DNA of 64,000 nucleotides, taken from NCBI GenBank assembly GCA_964035545.1, contig OZ037767.1, positions 25,188,628 through 25,252,627 of the forward strand, read 5' to 3'. Shown one piece after another: positions 53,499-64,000 of the stretch. The stretch is from Bugula neritina. Its lineage: Eukaryota > Animalia > Bryozoa. How positions within the stretch are numbered: position 1 is the first letter of the stretch; the number at the start of each line of letters is the position of its first letter. A program made the translations under genes and the position numbers. The notes beneath the pieces were generated by a model that saw only the letters and a program-made list of their open reading frames with translations, searched no databases and had not been told where the DNA came from.

Positions 53499-56400
53499 CT
53501 AATGCCAGCTGTAGTAAAAGTACACTTTCTCTTCGTCTTCCAATCTTTCCCACGTCGAATAGGATTCTTGCACACTGTAACCCTCTTTGTGTTCCAGAAT
53601 TGTGTTTATCTCAGCAGGCCCTGTCATGCCATGCTGTTCAATGCTGCTCATGTCATTACTAGATGCTTCTGTTGGCAGCCAATTAGAAGAAACTGGAGTT
53701 TGCTCCCCGCTAGGGTAGTAACTGCAACATATGGGAGTATTTTAGTCTGTAAGAGTACAATTAAAGCAGAGCTTTGTGTATAGCAAGTTTATGTTATTGA
53801 AACATGCATCATCAATATAGAATATTTCTAACATTATTAAATATAAACATATTTTATAGTTGTAAAATTGAGCTCAGTAATTTGCAAATTATCTATAAAA
53901 TATACTAATTGGAACATATACTACAAATCTAATTTAAATAGATTTATTTAAATTTCAGAAAATAATGAGCATTTAAATATAGCTGTCTGTAAAATGGTAA
54001 AATATAATAAAATTAAATGGTGTAATGCCATTTTACCTGCTAAATCCAAATGGAGTGTGATAGACGGAGCAATTCAGATGCAATGACTGGTCATACTCGG
54101 CTATATTTTGGCACTTGTTGTCTACATGCATCGCAGGTAAAGCTGTCTGGGTGAAATCTGCAGCTGGATTGTTGTAGTACTGCATAGCTGATGTGTAGTC
54201 TGATATCTGGGTTGTGAGAAGGTTTGATGAAGACTGATATGGCTGTAATAAAAACACCAGCAGTTATAAACATGATCCCATTCATATCGTACCTAGAGGC
54301 ACTATTTTACTACCTTGTGGTTATTGATTCTAATGTGGTCAACAAGTTTTGCTGTCAAATTTAACCTAAAATAATCGTTTGCTGCAATAATTATAATATA
54401 GCATAAATAGCATCTCATCATAAAAAAAGATGAGTTTATAAATTACTTAGGGTCATAACTCATTAGCATCTCAAATTTTAAGTGCCTGAAGCTCAATTGG
54501 CTCAACTATTGTTGGCAATAAATTAAAAGCTGTGAGAATGAGTTTTATACAGGCACAAGTCATTTTTAATTAAATTAAAATAAGTATTCCTACAACACAC
54601 TCAATTCTTAGATAACAAAGTAATCAAGTCATAGCCTTTATAATAGTAGTTCTAATGTAGAAGTCTGTTTACTTCAATCCGCTAATAAAATTGAAATCTA
54701 CTTCAACATAAAAACTTGCCATAAAAGATGAAGAGGCAGCAGCAGTTGATGCTGACGTAGCGGTGATGGAATAGTTGCTACAGTACTCGTCAGCGGATAG
54801 AGGGTAGGAAGCAGGGCTGTGAGTGTAGCCTGCGTTTAGCAACCCCACAGAGGGGCTATTTGACAAACCTGGTGACCCAGAGTACGGAAAGTTGGGGGAG
54901 CTGTAAATCGAACCTGGAAAATCTGAAAGAGAAAATTTGTGTTAGCAGTGTGTTGACATGACATAGCCTTCTCTGTGGATTATTAATAAGCCAGTTTTCA
55001 CAAATCTTACAATGCATTGCTTCCTGACAAATGGTGACTATCTAGAAGTTTTACTAGACAAAAGAAATATTCATTATTGCAATGTTTTATAGAACTGACT
55101 GTTGACATTGAACTATTTAGACTATCTTTACAGCAGTGAGCATGCAGTGCATATGTGCTTTAGTACTTAAACAATACTGTTGATAGATCACCAAATAAAA
55201 CTTTGCTCGCAGTGATATAGACAAACAAGTGAATATCAAGTGTTTCCGTCGCGATCATCACTCTAGTCCTTTGATTTAACAAATTAATGATGCTAACCGG
55301 ATGTGCAGTTCAACAATGTAGGTGCTGACATAAAAGTCATACTGGGTATGGAAGCAATCAACACACTAAAGGATATAAACGTTGGCAATGAAAGAACACC
55401 GCAAAAAACTTTAACCAACCTCAAGAAATATTGCAATTAATAAGGTTATGCTTGCCCTTTTTATTTATGCCTGCATGTTTATTTGTCAGTCACTTTGTAA
55501 CTAAAGTCTTTGGCAAGGGTAAAAGAAAAAAGTGAAAACAACTGCAACCTGATAGAGATGTTCACATAAATCTCAAATTTGTTATAGAATATGAATAAAG
55601 GCAGATTGCTGATAGATGCATTACATATTTAGAAATTAATGTGCTTTTTTGATAATGCAAAAGGATAAAAAAGTTAGATTGTAGAAATCAAGAAAAACCA
55701 AAATAACTTGCTTATATTTGGCAAAGAACCATTAGATGCTAACATAGAAATCACTTAACTTTTTAAGCATATGCAGTTATGACTTCTGAAAACTAATAAT
55801 TTTTTAGGAAATGATGTAATTTATATGATTTATAGCATTGCAACCATTACTTGTATGTTTGCTGTTTGGGTATCTTAGCATGTAATGCGAAAAGTGCCTA
55901 TAGGCCCGGCTGCTGGACCGTCTTCTCTTTCTTCTCGCATAATTTCCTTCCTCAAACATTTCATCAACTTTACATCCTGACGACAGCGTCCAGTAGCTAC
56001 CCTAAACATATAAATATTGTGATATACTTAATATAACTACATATCAAGTAATAAAATTGCTTTCAATTTTTAAAGTCATACAGCATTTAATAACACATTT
56101 CATAATTTGCCTAAGTTATAGGCATTCACATGACTTTATATCCTGTTAGACAAGTTGCTGAAAGAAACTTTGCAAACATATTCATCTACATGCTGTACAT
56201 CCAGCTATAACATGTATATCATCAGTTATACAGCAACAATTCAACAACGAACAAATTGTGTGGTCCTTGAAGAATCATGGAAATACTAGATGGCAATTCT
56301 GGTACAAATAAATTTTAAATTATTATTGGCAATTTAAAATAATGAAAATGTTTTATAAATGCTTCAATTTGAATTTAATTTTAAATTATTGGGCTTTGAA

Positions 56401-59400
56401 TATAATTTTAAAACTTTTATGAACGTTAAATATTGTTTATAAAAAATATTGCACAGTCTGGTTTTTGTGTACCTCTAAAGTATGCATATATAAACATTAA
56501 AAATTTAAGGTTTGCCTAAAAACCACCAAACTAGAAGATAGCAATGATTTTTTGAAAACAAGTTGCAAAGCTATTCGCAGTGTTTATTATTTGTGTCAGC
56601 ATATAGAGTCAGCATAAGCCAGTAACGTGGCTAGACAGAAACCAACTGGCTCTCCACTCTCATACCTCAACATTCCGAGATAATTAATTTGTTGATTTTT
56701 ATGTAAGACTTGTAGTGTACTATAAAAGTGCTCGGCATGAGCAAAATACAATCTGAAGAAGTTTGACAAAATTAATTGCCCATCAACATTATCTGCCTGA
56801 GGTCAAAAGTCATCAGGTACTATTAGCTGTTGAGATTATCAGGCCACAACGTTGAGACAGCTTTCTCAAAACATTTGATATCCCAACTTATTTATTATTA
56901 GCTTGTTTAAAAATAGATCTTCATACCAGTTTATACACCATATTTATACGCATGTAGAGAAGGTGTACTATACAGTTGTTTTGCACAACATATTAGATAG
57001 TCTCAATGATTAATTAATGCTTATACGTAGCCTGTTCAAAATATGTCCCTTAAAAAGTTACTTATATACTATATATACTATATACTATATATACTATATG
57101 CCTCTGCAGAGGAAGGCAAGTTAAGTAGGCTGCGAGCAAAAAGATTTCCTGCATTAAAATAAAATTACGAGTATTAATATAATAAATTATAATGTTTTTT
57201 TCAACCAAAAATACTAACAATAAAAAATATTTCCATGCTACTTTATTATCCCTTTCAATTTCTAAACTATTGAATGTCTCCATTATAATTTCATCATTGT
57301 ATTTGGGAATTTAAGGCTTTAGAAAACAAATCTTTATAAATAATTGTGAATTCTGATGCTTTTTATTTTCAATTTGAAGTATTAATACAAATTATCGGTG
57401 ATTAAGTCTTTTTAGTTTTACAAGTGTTAACCATCTCTATTATGAATTTTATTGTGTACGGCAAACAGACAAACAGACCTTTTTATTAGCTGATCCTTGC
57501 TTGGCTATTTTTTCAAAGCAATCATTTAGACTCAGGTTGTGCCGAATGCTGTTTTGCCACTTTAAAGCTGGCGCCTCTTTGTAGAATGTCCACTTATTCA
57601 TGATGGCTGTGTAGATTTCTTGCAGTGTTAGTTTCTTCTCCTTGCTTTCGTTCAGCACGATTGCTATTAGCGCAACATAGCTGAATAACAACACTATCAA
57701 TGGGTAGAAAATAGATGAGTTCTTATATGTACATACAATTACATTCATTATATAGATAATACCGGTAATGTCTCCTTTGATGCTAATTATTTAAGATGTT
57801 TTACGATAGCAAATGTAATAACACCTATAAGTTACAAAATTGTTTAAGTTTTTCAATAGCATTAAGAATATTTACTTGAGTTTGTAATTTTCAGCTAATT
57901 ACCAAAATTTAAGATATGGAGCATTGCTATAGTATTTATAGCGTAACATATGAATATAATAGTTCAATTTAATTTATACCACCATACTCACTATAGCCAG
58001 TGAGTACATCATTTACAAAGTATATATTAAAATAGACAAAATAAAATGTAGGTATTGAATTCCAGTTAAATTCTAATAATTATTTTGTCAACTATTTTAG
58101 CAAATATTTTTAACATCTACATATTTAATTCTAACAACTTATGTTAATATACAGTTTTGAAAGAATTCTTTGTGGGTGTCTGTTATAATTTACTATTTTT
58201 TGTTTGAAAAATAGTTTGCAAATTTCACCCAATATTTCTTCCTATTAATCTATGGTAGCCAAATTTCTGCAGTACTCAAGGAAAGTTCTTCTAAATATTA
58301 ACTTAAATAAATCTATCTTGCTTAAAGGTATGTGTATGATAAAGGACGATCAATATTTTGAGTGATCAATGCATTATGTATGATTAAAGAACAACCAAAC
58401 AAATAAAACCTGGTTTTTAAATATTTTATTTTTATATATTGCAAGGTGTGTTCTTTTATGCTTGCAAAGACATTAGTTAGAAATAGGCTGTTCTAATAAA
58501 AAAAAATGCGCGACAACATAATAACATCACATATGTATATGTGTTTGTCGTAATACAACATGGATATTTCCCTACCTATATCGGGGTCTTTCACCCCCAC
58601 CAGCCACCAAAGTTTTGGAGCACTTGTTACTTTTTGTGTGCTTGGGAAGGAAGTCCTTGTAGTATTTATAATTGCAGGGATCTTCTTTCTTCTCTGCTGT
58701 TCTACTTCCATCAGAACTTGAATCTTTGTACTCATCTTTAAATTGAACCTTTATTTGTTTCTTCTTACATAAATTGTTATTTTGATCCTCTTGCTTTAAG
58801 TCACCTAAAACACATTGAGGGTGAAAGTCAACTTAGTGTTAAAACATCTTATGTAATCTGGTTTATTATATTTTAGCACATTTTTCATGCAATATAATAT
58901 CTCAATGTGGTTTATAAAATATAAATGAGTTTATAATACAATAACAAAGGTGATTATTTAGCAAAACAACTTCAGTGTATTTGTCACGGTGCTGGCTTGG
59001 TTTGCACTAAATCACCATGCTGCCAAGAAAAGCATAGATCATTATTATTTGAAGGAAAGCTTTGCCTTCAGTTTTCAACCTGACAAAATTTTAGTCTCTT
59101 TCCCTTATCGACATGTTGTATTTGAAAAATTAGCCAAACGTCTTTTGCGGATAAGTAATAGCTATGGCGATTTTGTTTTTCTAAAGTGTTGCAGCCTAAT
59201 TGCATATAATATACTACTTAAACAAACATATATATAGGTCAACAAATTGCACCTTTAAGTAATAAAATAAGTAAGCTGTGTATTGTGTATTCAATCTTAT
59301 TCAAATCACATATATCCTATTTAGTAAAATTCAAAAGTATAATGTTTTTTTTATTTGTTTACCAGAAGTGATTCAAAGATTTTAAAAATTCAACAAGCCT

Positions 59401-59799
59401 GTCAAACTATATGTATAAATGTGTTATTGTCTTAAAAACTCAAATATATGTAGCTGTTTATTTTTAAGTTAGACCAAAGACTTTTCAACCCTTATAATAT
59501 CACTTGAGTAGCATTTATATAGGTTTATACATCGCGTAATATCAAAACATTATTTTATTATGTTGATATTATAGCAATCAGCAACCTAGTTATCTAACTC
59601 ACAGTCATAGTTGTTATGAAAACAAAATAGTTTTATAGCTAAACTTGTTGAAACATAGTGTACAAACAAACTTTCCACAGAAAAAATCTGCCTATTCCCT
59701 TGAAAACTTAATATAAAAAGACACTTTATATTAAAAATTTACAATTATTGTGAAAATGTGATTCTTATATACAATACCTTTCTTAAAAGCTGTAGACAT
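53499..59799 (-). CDS. FoxL2-like forkhead transcription factor, copy B (411 aa from ATG 59799)
   Basis: Exons 59799-59778, 58804-58576, 57680-57479, 56001-55851, 54922-54720, 54242-54037, 53721-53499. Exon lengths equal copy A except an in-frame 9-bp gain in the last exon; no stops. Confidence 0.85.
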
Positions 59800-62700
59800 T
59801 CTGACTCTCTAACTCCAGGACTTGTATTGCAGTATAATCCATTTCCAAGCTGTTTCTCTAATTATATTATGGTCTAGATGCTTTGTTGACAGCACTAATA
59901 ATAACAACCACTAGAAATTAGTCAGCAGGCTGCTTGAGTTCAGAGGTCAAATGTTCTAAGCACCAAATTAAACCATATAAAAGTTTGAAAAGTGTAACAA
60001 AGTACCAAAGCGTAGAAAAGCAAACAATAATTAATTTTTCTTCAATTATCAGAAATATATAAGGTTTTCTGCTGCCTAGCACATTTATTTTAATATTTAT
60101 AACTATATTTAACTATTATAATTATTTATATTATATAATATATAATAATATATGTTATATATAACATATTATATCATATAATGATATACTATCTTACATA
60201 ATAAGATTGTATATAATATATATTTTTATAATTATAATTTAATTCTAGTTATTAATTATAATGTGGTAAGAATATGGGTATAAAATGTCATGCATATATG
60301 AATAATAACTTGATAATAATACCATAATGATCCAATTTAAATTCTACAGTCCCCCCCCTCCCCTGTTATTCTTTTAGCTCACACTAACTTATGTTAATAA
60401 AACCTCAAATAGTTGAAAACTTGAAAAAACTGTTCTAAATAAAGTGCAATATGGCAACTATTTATTTTTCGATTTTTGATGAGCAACATTTTTCTATATA
60501 GAATCATATTCAAATTAAAATAAATAAATTTGATATCTATCAAAGAAGATAAAAAGTGAGAAAAGTTATAGCAACTGAAAATATGCTTGATAAAAATGTG
60601 CTATAGGTATTATTTACAGGATGCAAAAGAGATGTACATGTAAACCAATAAATTTTTTTTTATTTTAGAAGCATGTGAATTTTTTTACCTTTTTACTTAA
60701 TACTTATTATTGTAGATCAGTAATTAAATAAGTTGTCTCACTTGTTAAAATTTTTCTATGCTAGTCATTACAAATTGCCAAAAGATAAAATAAAGATTGA
60801 TAACTTATATAATACTTAAAATAAGGGATGGTGTTTAAATAAAATCTGTTACTATAGTAACGCTAGAGCCATTATAAAACACATTTTATAGATTGTTTTT
60901 TTATTAAGTATTATAAAATCTGCAAATTACAATATGAGGGTTTTATAGTTTTTTATTTTATTAAATAGAAACAATCAGTAATCTAACATAATATTATATT
61001 TTAATTCCCCTAAACTGGCTTTCAAATAAATGATCTCAACAAAACAGTTTTTGCAGCACCAGCATAAAAACGATATAAACAGTATGTAATCTTATTATAA
61101 ATATCATTGTTGATAAAATTGTTTTGGTCTTAAAATAATTAATCTATACTAATTTGATTTTATTATTAAAGTTGGCAATTGAAATAATATTACATATGTT
61201 AAAAAGTACAATTTGTCATCATTGCAACAAATACATGCAAAGCATAAACTACTATTAAACTAGGTACTGCAGTGGCTGAGATGATGAATCAGGGTATGTT
61301 TTAATTATAAAGTTCTTGCAAGTTACACTCTATACCTAGTTCTCATAATTCTTATTAAAGTTATATACATTATTATTATATGTATTTATGAGCACCTATA
61401 TCTGTATATCATTATGTTTAATGGCATTTTGAAAAAGAACTAGCAAATAAAGTTTACAACAATAATACTCCGTTGCCAAAATATATTAGCATTTGTTTGC
61501 GAATAATATAATTTATGTATTTGTAGCTGTAAGCTTAGCTAATAATAACTTTAGACTTTGCAACATGTACAACTGGCATCTTGTTTTCTAAAGAACTGTA
61601 GAAAGCTATATGGGAGCGAGGGTTCAAAATTCTGAATTCTCACAGATCTAGATTGCTCCATCTGTGGTTGATATGTTGTACATTTCATCCATCAACTCTA
61701 GTCAAAGCAATGTCACACAAAATGTATACCTCAGCCGTTCTCAGCAAATGAAAAGCAAACGCTACCAAAGAACTTTAGCTTATCAGCTTATGGAGCTTGC
61801 CACATAATGATTGCGCTCCACAGCAACTGAAGATAAGAAATTAAAATAAATATAAATTAAAATATGATGTATATAGCATGAGTTTGGTAAAAATACAGAA
61901 AATCCTTGGCCAAGCTAGTTCAGGTTATTAAGGTTAGTTACAACAGAGAGACAGAATTTTCTAAATTAGTTATTATTACTAGTAATTAATATTATTTATT
62001 TTTATTTTTGTAAAAATGTTTGAACAAATGGAAAGTTTGTCTATGTAGTTTTCGAATAAATGCAGCGTTTTAGTAAAATTTATCACCAAGAGTGATATTC
62101 AGAAAGTTTTTTCTAATTTTTTTGTTAATTTAAAAAAATAATTACCTGTTCTAGATAAAGAGTCAATTTAAATTTAGAGGCAGCATAAATTAGTTGGTGG
62201 ATATGACGCATGTGCTGTCTACAACTCTCAAAGTGCTCACACAGTTTAGTAAACATGTACTGCATGAAGAATTACAATTTAAAGATAATAAAAAACTTGT
62301 AAGTAATTTTATTAAAATAATTTTTCAGAAAAGCTTAATTGGATTTGTTAAAATAGGGATTTTAAAAAAATAGTCTGTTCAGGTTTGGCCAATTTCTTTT
62401 TTCCAAGGGTGATAGTAAATTTTAATTGACTTTATTAAAGTCGAGTTTAGAAAAGGTAAGATTTTTTTTGCATTCAATGCATTAACTTTCAAGCTACGAA
62501 ATGTAACTTTGTTCTCTGCTTTTGTGTGATTTAAAAGTTGTTTTGTTAAGTTTGATATTATCATACAACATTTATACATATGCAAATTTCTAAAAGAAAA
62601 ATAATTATCACAAACACCACTGTAGAGTAACTAAAATTAGTTATATTATATGAAGCTTGTATACATTTGTAGTCATTAAGCAAGCCTTTGAACCCTATAT

Positions 62701-63177
62701 TTGTTAGTAAAAAATCCAGCTTAAAATTGACAGATATGACTAACAGGCATAAACAATTTGTGTATATTATAACTGGTATAATTTAATATAAAATAAAAAA
62801 ATAGTATAACAAAATATATCAAAGTCTGGACTGACCCATATTTAAATTACAAGAGTTTAGTGCCAAGCACTTGTAAAAATAATATTATATTTAAATTTTA
62901 CAGTTTAAAAGTAATGGAAAATCACAATATGTTCACTTTCTCATGGGTCCATATAGCATAGTAAAGAGAGTGGCAGGGTGTACAACGTTGGAACCATGAG
63001 GGGAAAACTCCAAGTCAGAAGGTTTTACAAACTTCATTTCTAACTGATTCCTGGTGTTGAATTGAACTTGTAGAAGTGATTGATGATATTTACTGTCAAC
63101 ATCTATGAGTATGAGTTGAACATATAGAGAGGTTTCTCTAAAGAGTAATTATAGACACATATAGACACACACATATA

Positions 63178-63738
63178 GACAGGCGCGAGAAAATAGTTTT
63201 AAATTGAAAAAAACCTATCCTCAACACCAATTCTGAACAAGGGACAAAATATGACAGCAATTTTGATGTCGCCATGGGAAGGTATGACAATGCTGAAGCC
63301 TGCCAACTAACTGGAACTTACCTGCTAAGTTTGTTATTCACCGAAATAAATCTGGACTGCAACTTTGGTTTTATACAGATATGACGGACTTATAGTTTGC
63401 AAAGGAACACACCACAGTATTAAACAGAATAAAAAAAGAACTTGCTGCTTTTTCAGAAAATTAAATCTCCAATGTTAAACAAACCTTACACCAAACTAGG
63501 AAAAACTACCCTTTACACACACAAACAATTAAGCAACCACCTTAACCTATAGCTGCAGTACTGAAAAGCTCACCAGAAAATATAAATAAAAGACTTAGTG
63601 CACTATCATCCAGTAAAACTGAGTTCAATGCCACTGTGCGATGCTACCAAGATGTACTCATAAACAGTGGGTACAACTTTATGTAAATTGAAATACAATC
63701 CAGCATTGAAACCTATTAAAAATAGGAAAAAAAACATA
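63178..63738 (+). mobile_element. Duplicate of the Penelope-like RT remnant
   Basis: Same sequence as 41875-42434; reads NFDVAMGRYDNAEAC, keeping the MG of the consensus. Confidence 0.78.
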
Positions 63739-63979
63739 AATCAAGCAGTTTGACATTTTTGAAAGATACTTTATAAATTTTATAGCTTTAGTTATGTTGG
63801 ATTTATTGGGAAAAGAAGGAATGCTTTTATAGTTGTTGTGTTGTCAGAATTTAAGGGAGAGTTCTGATCTTGCATTATTACAACTTGCAGTTTGTAAACC
63901 TTATAAATCTCTTAATTGATTCACTATTTACCCTAGAAAGAGGTCGCTGGTTGCATTCAAACTGTAACTAAATAAGTAA

Positions 63980-64000
63980 ATGTTACCATCTCACTCTCCG
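63980..64000 (+). CDS. Start of methyltransferase copy B (MLPSHSP...), truncated by the window edge
   Basis: Identical to 42676-42696. Confidence 0.75.

Larger units (their letters stand above)
47512..64000 (+). repeat. Tandem segmental duplication, copy B (continues past the window)
   Basis: Colinear with 26637-42696. Differs by substitutions, small indels, a ~1.5-kb minisatellite gain and a ~1.05-kb deletion. Confidence 0.92.

Overview
AT-rich, intron-containing animal genomic DNA, probably from an invertebrate; the taxon cannot be fixed from this window. I assembled gene models by hand from GT/AG sites and phase continuity. In order: (1) FHAD1 on the minus strand, 17 coding exons, running off the left edge; (2) a small two-exon single-pass membrane protein gene nested antisense in its largest intron, absent from the ORF track; (3) a complete, divergently transcribed GEMIN5 (25 coding exons, about 1501 aa); (4) an intron-rich FoxL2-like forkhead gene (-); (5) a decayed Penelope-like retroelement; (6) a class I SAM methyltransferase (+) with an exact 139-bp internal duplication and an intronic MITE. 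From 47512 to the window end, the block starting at 26637 is repeated in tandem (offset about 20.9-21.3 kb, patchy divergence). The second copy has an open-frame 3' fragment of GEMIN5 with a 1.05-kb terminal deletion and an 18-bp minisatellite expanded to about 85 units. It also has a second intact FoxL2-like gene differing at 6 forkhead-domain residues, and the start of a second methyltransferase. A near-perfect ~170-bp palindrome lies ~490 bp before the junction. Most short ORFs in the track are exon fragments or spurious. All homology calls are from recalled family motifs, not database searches.
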